A stretch of 38,027 bases of DNA from Archaeoglobaceae archaeon (GTDB lineage: Archaea; Halobacteriota; Archaeoglobi; Archaeoglobales; JdFR-42): positions 1 to 38,027 of the forward strand of contig WAJW01000185.1 in the NCBI GenBank assembly GCA_015523685.1, read 5' to 3'. The notes below the pieces were generated by a model. That model saw nothing but the letters and a program-made list of their open reading frames with translations. It was not told the origin of the DNA and did no database searches. Below are positions 8,980 to 17,534 of the stretch, piece by piece. How positions within the stretch are numbered: position 1 is the first letter of the stretch; the number at the start of each line of letters is the position of its first letter. Made by a program: the position numbers and the translations under genes.

Positions 8980-10368
8980 TTGTGTGGTGTTGTAGGGATA
9001 TATTCTGAAAGGGAAGATCTCACACCTCATCTGCTTTACTATTCTCTGTATGCCCTACAGCACAGAGGACAGGAATCAGCTGGAATTGCCGTGTGGAGGA
9101 AGGGTATCAAGCTCCATCGGGGAATGGGTCTTGTACATGAAGTTTTCAACAGGAATGTTCTCAATGAGTTCAGAGGAAATGCAGGAATAGGACATGTCCG
9201 CTATTCAACAACAGGCTCCTCCACATTTGAGAACAGTCAGCCCATGCTCGTCAGATCGAGGGAGGGCGAGATCGCCATTGCTCACAACGGAAACCTCGTA
9301 AACTCATTTGAACTCAGAAAAGAGATGGAGATGGATGGAAGGGTCTTCCATTCCGAATCAGATACGGAAGTCATTGCTCAGCTACTTGGAAAATACCTTC
9401 TTCATTTTGATGTCCTGGAATCTTTCAGGAGGGTCACAAGAGAGCTTGTTGGTTCATTTTCGATAACAATGCTCCTGAACGACATGCTCATTGCGTATCG
9501 TGATCCATACGGAATCAAGCCTCTCTGCATAGGTGAGCTGGATTCAGGATACATAATTGCCTCGGAGAGCGCAGCAATAGATACAGTGGGTGGTAAATTT
9601 CTGAGGGATGTTATGCCAGGGGAACTGATTGCGATCAGAAATGGAGAGATCGAAAGCCATATCCTCTTCAAAAACTCCTACCGTGCCAATTGCGTATTTG
9701 AATACATATACTTTGCAAGGCCTGATTCGATAATAGATGGCAGATACGTTTATGATGTTAGATTAAAAATAGGGAAGAGGCTTGCGAGAGAACACCCTGC
9801 GGATGCAGACATCGTTTCTCCTGTTCCTGATTCAGGCATAACATTCGCCATAGGGTACAGTCACGAATCAGGAATTGATTTTGCGGAGAGCCTCATAAAA
9901 AACAGATACGTGGGGCGCACTTTCATCATGCCGGCACAGGAACTGAGGGAGAACTCCGTCAGATTGAAGCTGAATGCTGTGAGATCTAACGTTGCGGGTA
10001 GGAAGATAATCCTGGTGGACGACAGCATTGTCAGGGGAACCACGAGCAGGAGAATCGTGGACATGCTCAGGAAAGCCGGGGCAAAGGAAGTGCATATGAG
10101 GATTGGAAGTCCACCAATCATCGCACCATGTTATTTTGGAATTGATATGGCAACCAGAGAAGAGCTAATTGCTGCATTCAAGAGCATTGAAGGAGTGAGA
10201 TTTATGATAAACGCAGATACCCTCGGATATCTCAGTCTTGAGGGGTTGATTGAAAGTGTAGGACTGAAAGAGAACGAGCTATGTCTTGCATGCCTGACTG
10301 ATCTTTATCCTGTCAGCATTCCTGGAGAAAAATGCGTCCAGCATCAATCCAGTCTTGTAGAGTTCTGA
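8980..10368 (+). CDS. purF: amidophosphoribosyltransferase
   Basis: TTG start followed by the catalytic Cys (MCGVVGIYS). Ntn-glutaminase domain, PRTase loop ILVDDSIVRGTT and C-terminal Cys ligands. GGTGG SD 7 nt upstream. Confidence 0.93.
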   Translation: MCGVVGIYSEREDLTPHLLYYSLYALQHRGQESAGIAVWRKGIKLHRGMGLVHEVFNRNVLNEFRGNAGIGHVRYSTTGSSTFENSQPMLVRSREGEIAIAHNGNLVNSFELRKEMEMDGRVFHSESDTEVIAQLLGKYLLHFDVLESFRRVTRELVGSFSITMLLNDMLIAYRDPYGIKPLCIGELDSGYIIASESAAIDTVGGKFLRDVMPGELIAIRNGEIESHILFKNSYRANCVFEYIYFARPDSIIDGRYVYDVRLKIGKRLAREHPADADIVSPVPDSGITFAIGYSHESGIDFAESLIKNRYVGRTFIMPAQELRENSVRLKLNAVRSNVAGRKIILVDDSIVRGTTSRRIVDMLRKAGAKEVHMRIGSPPIIAPCYFGIDMATREELIAAFKSIEGVRFMINADTLGYLSLEGLIESVGLKENELCLACLTDLYPVSIPGEKCVQHQSSLVEF

Positions 10369-10386
10369 TGTTATCCTTATACCCGC

Positions 10387-11145
10387 ATGTCAAAAAGTAT
10401 TTATCATCCCGGAACCCAGGAATCTGTAATGAACAAAACAGAAGAAAATGATGGAGGGTACTTCACCAGTTTCATTCCATCCCAGGTTACTCTGAGGGCA
10501 TACCATGAAAACTGCTCTAACGAGATCACCAGAGGTATATCCGGGATAACGGGATGGATTCTTCACTTTGATCTGAAAAAGGATGGTTCATTTACCAATT
10601 ATACCGCATATATGATAAATGATAAGTCTGAAGAGTTCAGAACTCTGATAAACAACATGAAAAAATTCAGATTTTTCTCAAAGATCTCCTATTTCAGATA
10701 CAGGCCTGATTTCCATCTTTTCTGCTTTCAGGGTAGAATGCATAAGGAATACGAGCCCATATCTGACATACTTGAAAAATACGAATGCCACTTCATATAT
10801 CCAATAGAAGTGGTGCCCGAATGGGAGAAGTGGCACCTGTTCATAAAAAACAGATCCCAGATAAAAGGGTGTATCGATGAACTCAGGGAGTTTGCGGATG
10901 TACACATGGAAAACATCTCCACCTTTGATCCCCTGAAGGCAATAAATCAGCATGGTGTGAACATAGAAAATCTGATAACCCCGAGACAGAGGGAGATTCT
11001 CGAGAGGGCCCTTTCAATGGGATACTTTGACACGCCTCGCAAATGCTCCCTGAGAGAGATGTCAGAGGTTCTTAACATCTCTCATACAGCCATAAACAAG
11101 CATATAAGGAATATAGAAAAGAAGATGCTCAAGAACCTGTTATGA
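10387..11145 (+). CDS. HTH_10 (bacterio-opsin-activator-type) DNA-binding protein with uncharacterised N-terminal domain
   Basis: The C-terminal LTPRQREILERALSMGYFDTPRKCSLREMSEVLNISHTAINKHIRNIEKK is the Bat-type HTH. The N-terminal 190 aa are not recognisable. Alternative start at 10429. Confidence 0.65.
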   Translation: MSKSIYHPGTQESVMNKTEENDGGYFTSFIPSQVTLRAYHENCSNEITRGISGITGWILHFDLKKDGSFTNYTAYMINDKSEEFRTLINNMKKFRFFSKISYFRYRPDFHLFCFQGRMHKEYEPISDILEKYECHFIYPIEVVPEWEKWHLFIKNRSQIKGCIDELREFADVHMENISTFDPLKAINQHGVNIENLITPRQREILERALSMGYFDTPRKCSLREMSEVLNISHTAINKHIRNIEKKMLKNLL

Positions 11146-11199
11146 AATGCATTCCCTCCATACAAAATTTTTTAAATCTTTTAATCAAAGGATCTGCCA

Positions 11200-12105
11200 A
11201 TGTACGATTTCCCGCCATACAGACCTCCAAGTGAGGCAGAGAGCATCCTGATCAGGGTTACGGAAGGGTGTCCCTGGAACTCCTGCCGGTTCTGCGGGAT
11301 GTACAGGAACGAGAGATTCAGAATAAGACCCATTGAGGAGATCGAGAGAGACATCAAAATTGCAGACAGGATCTTTGGTGAAAGACCTTCAGTCTTCTTT
11401 GGGGATTCCGATAACCTCCTCCATCCAGAGCTTGAAAGAATTCTCGATATGATAAGAGATCACATGCCCTATGTGAATAGAATAACAACCTACTCCCGCG
11501 CCAGAACTCTTAAACACGAGAGTGAAGAGAGACTGATAGATCTCAGAGAAAGAGGACTGAGAAGAATTCATCTCGGACTTGAATCCGGAGATAAAGAAAT
11601 TCTTAAATTGCTTAACAAGGGCATAACCCCGGAAGATGCCATAATGGCAGGAAAAAAGGCTTTGAAGGCTGGATTTGAAATCTCAGAATACGTGCTGATA
11701 GGATTTGGGGAGAGACATGCAAGAGAGACAGCAAAGGTTCTCAACATGATCGCCCCCCACTTCGTGAGGCTCAGATCCATTACACTCATCCCCGGAACAG
11801 AACTCCATGACATGGTGGAAAGGGGCGAGGTGGTGCTTTCCACTCCTGCCGGAAGACTGGAAGAGGTGAGGATACTCGTTGAGAACCTCTCTATTCAGAC
11901 AGAATTCCTTTCAGACCACATATCAAATTACCTATGGAGCAGGGATGGAGTGGTATACACAGGAGTGAACGGGAAACTTCCGGAGGATAAGGAATCAATG
12001 CTTGAATCAATGGACAGATTGATCGAAATCGTTTCAGAACTCGAAAATTCAGGAAATCTCCTTGACAGCAATGACATGTTCAGGATGGGAAGGATATCCC
12101 TCTGA
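11200..12105 (+). CDS. radical SAM domain protein with non-canonical Cx4Cx2C cluster motif
   Basis: EGCPWNSCRFCGMY near the N-terminus. GDSD and LGLESGD (GGE-like/ribose motif) strands of the partial TIM barrel. Function unknown. Confidence 0.75.
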   Translation: MYDFPPYRPPSEAESILIRVTEGCPWNSCRFCGMYRNERFRIRPIEEIERDIKIADRIFGERPSVFFGDSDNLLHPELERILDMIRDHMPYVNRITTYSRARTLKHESEERLIDLRERGLRRIHLGLESGDKEILKLLNKGITPEDAIMAGKKALKAGFEISEYVLIGFGERHARETAKVLNMIAPHFVRLRSITLIPGTELHDMVERGEVVLSTPAGRLEEVRILVENLSIQTEFLSDHISNYLWSRDGVVYTGVNGKLPEDKESMLESMDRLIEIVSELENSGNLLDSNDMFRMGRISL

Positions 12106-12663
12106 TCATATTCCCTCCCATGGAGAGTAAAGCTCATGTTCTATCTCGAAGAAGTCAAGAACCCTGCCAACGGTATGGTTAACGATGTCATCTATGGATG
12201 ATGGTTTTATGTAAAATGCCGGAACCGGGGGGAAAATTACCGCCCCTATTTCTGCAAGCCTCGTTAAGGATCTGAGATGTCCCACGTGAAGGGGAGTTTC
12301 CCTCACCACAGCAACAAGAGTTTTTTTCTGCTTTAAGACAACATCTGCCGATCTTGCTATGAGGTTGTCCGTTATGGAATACGCAATTGAACTCGCCATC
12401 TTGATGGAGCAGGGAGAGATTATCATTCCATCGCATGGGAAACTCCCGCTCGCTATCCTTGCTCCTACATCCGAATACTCATACACATGGGTGGCGAGGG
12501 ATTCCAGATCCACATCTCCGGTTTCAACCTCCATGTTTTTTCTTGCGGAAGGTGATACAACAAGATGGGTTTCAACATCCTCCATCTCACTCAGCACTTC
12601 AAGTAGCCTTACACCGTATATCTGACCGGATGCTCCGCTCATTCCAACTATAATTCTTTTCAT
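12106..12663 (-). CDS. ubiX: flavin prenyltransferase UbiX (prenyl-FMN synthase)
   Basis: The sequence MKRIIVGMSGASGQIYGVRLLEVL...ISPCSIKMASSIAYS...RETPLHVGHL matches the UbiX/Pad1 flavoprotein family. About 185 aa. Confidence 0.88.
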   Translation of the reverse strand: MKRIIVGMSGASGQIYGVRLLEVLSEMEDVETHLVVSPSARKNMEVETGDVDLESLATHVYEYSDVGARIASGSFPCDGMIISPCSIKMASSIAYSITDNLIARSADVVLKQKKTLVAVVRETPLHVGHLRSLTRLAEIGAVIFPPVPAFYIKPSSIDDIVNHTVGRVLDFFEIEHELYSPWEGI

Positions 12664-14021
12664 TTTCTGATCCCCCTTATTTCCTCTTTTGGAGCCTGAG
12701 AGAAAGGCTCAAGATATTTCCTCAGAACTTCCGGTATTTCGATAACCCCGCCATCCCTCTGGTAATTTTCCATTATAGCGGTTATGGCTCTTGTCGTTGC
12801 AATGGCAGTGGAATTAAGGGTGTGAACAAAACCCTTCGATGGCTTCCCCTTCTCCTCGGAATATCTGATGTTCAGCCTGTAGGACTGATAATCGGTGCAG
12901 TTACTGCACGATACCATCTCTCTGTATTTCCCCTGTGCGGGCATCCACACCTCGAGGTCGTATTTCCTGGAGGCAACATCACCCAGATCTCCCGTGCATA
13001 TGTCCACAATTCTGTAAGGAAGTCCAAGCCCCTGCCACATCTCTTCCACGTTACTCAGGAGTTCCAGATGCCACTGCCACGATTCTTCAGGGAGGCAGAA
13101 CACAAACTGTTCAACCTTGTTGAACTGATGAACCCTGAAAATACCCTTTGTGTCCTTTCCATGGGATCCCGCCTCCTTCCTGAAACACGGGCTTACACCG
13201 GCGTAAAGATAGGGGAGCTCGTCCTGAGGAATTGTTTCATCCATGTGCATTGCAGCAATTGGATGTTCGGATGTGGCAATGAGATACAGATCCTCACCCT
13301 CTATCCTGTAGATCATGTCCTCAAAATCAGAGAAAGTTGTAACTCCCTCATACGGCCTCCTCCTCATCATATATGGAGGCATCACGATCCTGAATCCCTT
13401 TGAAGATATGAAATCAATTGCGTACATTATGAGGGCGAAATCAAGCCACACAATATCGTCGAAGAGATAATAAAACCTTGACCCTGCGACCTTCCCTGCC
13501 CTTCCCGTATCAACAAAGCCAGAGAGCTCTGATATATCCGCATGAGGAATTATCTCTCCATCCACCACCTCATATTCCACTTCAAATCCCTCTGTTTCCT
13601 CCAGAAAAACTTCAAGATGCCTCTCCATGACCCTGGGTTTTCCCCAGTATTTCAGGGGGAGATTATCATTTTCATCTTTACCAACAGGCGTGTCTTCATG
13701 GACAACGTTAGGTATGGAGAGAAGGACAGAGTCCAGCCGGTCTTTTATCTCTGAAACCTCCTTTTCAAGGGACTCAATTGAACCTGAAAGATCTTTTGCT
13801 TTTTCTATAAGCCTCTTCCTCTCATCTCCGTCTGCCCTCGCAACCATTTTTGAAAGCTCGTTTCTCCTGTGTCTTATTTCATTCAGCTCCGTCAGCTTCG
13901 ATCTCCAGAGCCTGTCCAGCTCGACCGCCTCATCCACAACCTCAACAGATAGACCTCGAGCCCTCTGAGACCACCTGAGCTTTTCAGGATTTTCCCTCAC
14001 CAGTCTGAGTATCGTCCACAT
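12660..14021 (-). CDS. serS: seryl-tRNA synthetase
   Basis: N-terminal coiled-coil arm (RLWRSKLTELNEIRHRRNELSK...). Class II motifs (FRVHQFNKVEQF, TLNSTAIATTRAITAIMENYQ). Confidence 0.93.
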   Translation of the reverse strand: MWTILRLVRENPEKLRWSQRARGLSVEVVDEAVELDRLWRSKLTELNEIRHRRNELSKMVARADGDERKRLIEKAKDLSGSIESLEKEVSEIKDRLDSVLLSIPNVVHEDTPVGKDENDNLPLKYWGKPRVMERHLEVFLEETEGFEVEYEVVDGEIIPHADISELSGFVDTGRAGKVAGSRFYYLFDDIVWLDFALIMYAIDFISSKGFRIVMPPYMMRRRPYEGVTTFSDFEDMIYRIEGEDLYLIATSEHPIAAMHMDETIPQDELPYLYAGVSPCFRKEAGSHGKDTKGIFRVHQFNKVEQFVFCLPEESWQWHLELLSNVEEMWQGLGLPYRIVDICTGDLGDVASRKYDLEVWMPAQGKYREMVSCSNCTDYQSYRLNIRYSEEKGKPSKGFVHTLNSTAIATTRAITAIMENYQRDGGVIEIPEVLRKYLEPFSQAPKEEIRGIRK

Positions 14022-14044
14022 TCGGGATCCACCATGCGAGACTG

Positions 14045-14066
14045 AAAATAATATAATATATAAATT
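14045..14066 (-). promoter_or_regulatory. AT-rich TATA-like region upstream of serS
   Basis: Plus-strand AAAATAATATAATATATAAATT lies 24-45 nt upstream of the serS ATG (14021) in an otherwise short intergenic gap. Confidence 0.4.
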
Positions 14067-14106
14067 CCCTGCTCAGTCCCGCTGAAAATCACCAATCAGC
14101 ATGTGA

Positions 14107-15669
14107 TCATTCATCCCTCTGACCTGAAAAAATTTTTCTGAGTTCGTATTTCAGTATCTTTCCACTCGGATTTTTTGGCAGGGCATCGACAAATTCCACT
14201 ATCCTGGGTTTTTTATAGCTGGCTATTCTCTCCTTGCAGAACTCAATTATTTCCTCCTCTGTTACCTCAGCCCCTTCTTTCACCACTATCACAGCCATAA
14301 CATTCTCACCCCACACCTCATCAGGAACTCCTATAACAGCAGCCTCAAGAACAGCGGGATGCCGGTAGAGCACCTCCTCGATTTCCCTGGGATATATGTT
14401 TTCACCACCGCTTATAATAACATCCTTCTTCCGATCAACCACGTAGAGATATCCATTCCCGTCCAGCTTTCCAATATCTCCACTGAGAAGCCATCCATTC
14501 TTCAGCGTTTTTTCTGTCTCTTCAGGCATTCTCCAGTAGCCTTTCATTATAAAATCACTCCTGATAGCTATCTCCCCAAGTTCCCCCACGGGTACCTCTT
14601 TCATCTCCTCATCAACTATCTTTATCTCCACTCCTATCGCCGGGAATCCAGCAGATTGCAGTCTTTTCTCAGAATCTTCATCAAGCTCATGATCTTCTTT
14701 ATGAAGAACAGTCGCAAGAGGGCCTGCCTCTGTCAATCCATATCCCTGAATGAGCACATTTCCAAAGACCCCGATTGCCCTTTTAAGGAGGGCCACAGGC
14801 ATGGGGGATGATGCGTACCAAACTGTCCTCAGACTCGAGAGGTCATGGCTTTCAATTCCGGGAACCTCAAGTATAAATGCGATCATCGTCGGAACGAGCT
14901 GGGTTGTTGTTATTCTGTATCTCTCCACATCTTTGAGAAACTGCTCAGGGCTGAATTTATCCCTTATATAGACCGTACAGCTCCTCAATGTATGGGACAG
15001 GGGGAGTGCTCTCCCACCGACATGATAAAGGGGCATTATAGCAAGGTGAACATCACTCCTCACGAGAGCCTGTTCCATGAGCAACGCCTTCGCATTTTCC
15101 AGCTGTCCCCTGTGAGTTAACATCACACCCTTGGGCAGCCCTGTGGTTCCGCTCGTGTACATGAGATATACAACATCATCCCCCTCAACGTTAACATCGG
15201 GTTCAACCTTCTCTCCTTTTTTTATGGCTTCCCCGTATTCAGTATAATTACCGCATCCATCCCCCATGCATATGTATTCCTCAACAGAATTAATATCACA
15301 TCCAACTTTTTCAACCATTCCTGCATATTCGGAAGCGAAGAACAGCACACGTGATTCAGAATGATTCAGGAGGAGGGCTATTTCATCTGAAGATAGCCTG
15401 AAATTTAGAGGTACTGCAATAAAACCACCCCTCTCTGCCACACCGTAAACCTCCATATATTCAAGTGAGTTTTTGGATAGAATTGCAATTCTGTCTCCCT
15501 TTTCAAATCCCCTGTTGTTAAGATAGTTTATGAGAGAATAAACTCTGTCTCTGAATTCTCTGAACGATACCTGCTTTGAAAAATCCTCATTTCCTTTACC
15601 TGAAACAAAGGCTGGTTTATCTGGAAATACTCTTGCATTCTTCTCCATTATATCCCCGAGATATCTCAT
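14107..15669 (-). CDS. AMP-dependent acyl-CoA synthetase/ligase
   Basis: AMP-binding motif LMYTSGTTGLPKGVMLTH, then GYGLTE and the C-terminal PKNPSGKILK. Start at 15669 preferred (GAGAGGTG SD 5 nt upstream). The ORF-track start 15717 would form an ATGA overlap with the hyuB stop. Confidence 0.85.
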   Translation of the reverse strand: MRYLGDIMEKNARVFPDKPAFVSGKGNEDFSKQVSFREFRDRVYSLINYLNNRGFEKGDRIAILSKNSLEYMEVYGVAERGGFIAVPLNFRLSSDEIALLLNHSESRVLFFASEYAGMVEKVGCDINSVEEYICMGDGCGNYTEYGEAIKKGEKVEPDVNVEGDDVVYLMYTSGTTGLPKGVMLTHRGQLENAKALLMEQALVRSDVHLAIMPLYHVGGRALPLSHTLRSCTVYIRDKFSPEQFLKDVERYRITTTQLVPTMIAFILEVPGIESHDLSSLRTVWYASSPMPVALLKRAIGVFGNVLIQGYGLTEAGPLATVLHKEDHELDEDSEKRLQSAGFPAIGVEIKIVDEEMKEVPVGELGEIAIRSDFIMKGYWRMPEETEKTLKNGWLLSGDIGKLDGNGYLYVVDRKKDVIISGGENIYPREIEEVLYRHPAVLEAAVIGVPDEVWGENVMAVIVVKEGAEVTEEEIIEFCKERIASYKKPRIVEFVDALPKNPSGKILKYELRKIFSGQRDE

Positions 15670-15713
15670 GTTAACACCTCTCTCCAAAAAAATTGAAAGG
15701 GGAATTTCGCCGT

Positions 15714-17523
15714 TCAAGACCTCTTTTTGAGCTCATTCCTCAGATTCTCTGTGGCATCCATGTCAACTCTCATCTCAGGAACGTCAGAGATTATAACCCC
15801 GTATACCTCCCGCGCACGCTGAACACTTATCTTACCCTCCATCACATCCTTCAGCACCGCATTCACATCTCTTTCGAGAGGGTCGCCGACACCACAGCCA
15901 CCCTGGAGATAATCGATTATCCTGTCTCCCGGCTCGAGAGTAAAGAACTGCACACTCCTGCACTCCTCATGTCCTATCACCGTTCCATCCTTTCTGACGA
16001 TTTTTTTCTCGTTTGGTCTGGGAATCTGGCCTCCTTCGATGGCCGGGCCTATCTCGTATTCGTACGGATCCACACAGTACGCAGCGGTGAATTCGGCATC
16101 TGCAGTCCACACATTCCACATGCCCATACCTCCACGCCACCTTCATGCGCCTTCAGAATCTTCTGCAAACTCCCACTTCTCACACACAATCGGATAGGCA
16201 AGCTCAACAATTTCAATTTCCGGATAGTAAAGGGTTCCACTGCATATAACCGGAGAGTTGGCCGACCATCCATCGGTTCCCCAGATCGCTCCAGCCCCGC
16301 ATGAAGTCCCGAGAAAGTCCGGAGTGCCAAAATACCTTTTCCACCGGGGATCATAGCCACCGATTGTCCAGTAAGGTATCGAGCCCCAGCCCGCTGGAGT
16401 TTCCTTTGGAAGAGACTGCGCAAGGCATTTCCAACACCGCCTCGATTATCTGCTTTGCAACAAAATTTGTATCGTTGCCACATGTCGCCGGTAGCCGGGC
16501 ATGAACGATTGTGCCGGGCTTTGTCAGAATGTGGACGGGTCTGAAACAGCCCGAGTTTCTGTACTCCCGCCTTATATCCTTTCCAAGAGACGTTAATATT
16601 GCCAGCCACACACTGCTGTAGGTATTTGCAATGGAGCTGTTGACGATCTCCCTCACCTGGGGATCGGTTTCTGTGAAATCAAGTTTCATTTCATCTCCTT
16701 CAACGCTCATCCTGCATCGTATCACCGCAGCATCCCCGTACCTGCCCTCATACGTGGGATTCACCTCGCTTTCGTAGTCTCCATCAGGAATTCTCTCGAT
16801 CTGCTCACGAATCATGTGCTCTGCATAATCGAAAACATCTTTTATGTACGTGAAGACCTTCTCCTCACCCCAGTAATCCATAAGCTCTCTCAATCTCCTC
16901 GTCCCTATCTGAGTTGCAGAGGCCATGCAGAGAAGGTCGCTGTAACACATTTCAGAGGTTCTGACATTGGTCGTTATGAGCTTGAGAACGTCCTCCCGCC
17001 TTTCTCCCCTGTCGTATATTTTTATTGGCGGAATCCTGAGACCTTCGGCCCAGCAGTCCATTGCATTGGGGTTGTATCCTCCCGGTGCTCCACCTCCGAT
17101 GTCTGCCTGATGGGCCTTGACCGCAATTACGAACTTTGGCTCCCCTCCGTAAAATACGGGAGTGACTATGCACCAGTCCTGAGGCTGATTTCCGCAATCG
17201 AGGGTAAAAAGATCACTGCACAGGAAAATATCTCCTTCGTTTATGTCCTCCTGCAGAACTTCCTCGTAGTATCTGAAGGTGCCTTTTACAGCAAATGGTG
17301 TGCCTCCAACCAGCACAGGTATGTATTCCGCAAGGGATACTATGTCTCCATCCACCATATTGACGGTAACCACATAGTCATGGGCAGAGAAAAATACAGG
17401 AGATTTGGCGGTTCTTTCGATATTCAGACCCATTTCCTGGGCGATTGTGTAAAAGCTTGATGCAAGTATCTCAAAATCTGCAGGTGAGGTTGTGAATTCC
17501 ATTTCTCTCTTTTCTTCGGACAT
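15714..17523 (-). pseudogene. hyuB: hydantoinase B / oxoprolinase-family subunit, disrupted (one +1 frame change near 16425-16445 and one in-frame TGA at 16143-16145)
   Basis: Three pieces read by hand. Frame A runs 17523 to about 16431. The +1 frame runs from about 16430 to 16146 (CLAQSLPKETPAGWGS...YPEIEIVELAYPIVCEKWEFAEDSEGA). After the TGA, the same frame continues RWRGGMGMWNVW... to 15714. Confidence 0.8.
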
Positions 17524-17534
17524 TTTATCACCCC

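Noticed and set aside
16143-16145. The in-frame TGA in hyuB might be selenocysteine, or TGA-to-Gly recoding as in genetic code 25.
   Set aside because: TGA is used as an ordinary terminator by many well-supported genes in this window (sdhA, sdhB, purF, the Mo-enzyme subunits, the ligase, mocA). The position aligns with a conserved Gly rather than a redox Cys. The same gene also carries a frameshift, so a nonsense mutation or sequencing error is far more likely.
16049-16609. 186-aa ORF-track call inside the hyuB region.
   Set aside because: It is the third frame across the damaged part of hyuB. Its translation is Arg/Leu-rich noise. The +1 frame next to it gives a clean HyuB-family sequence.
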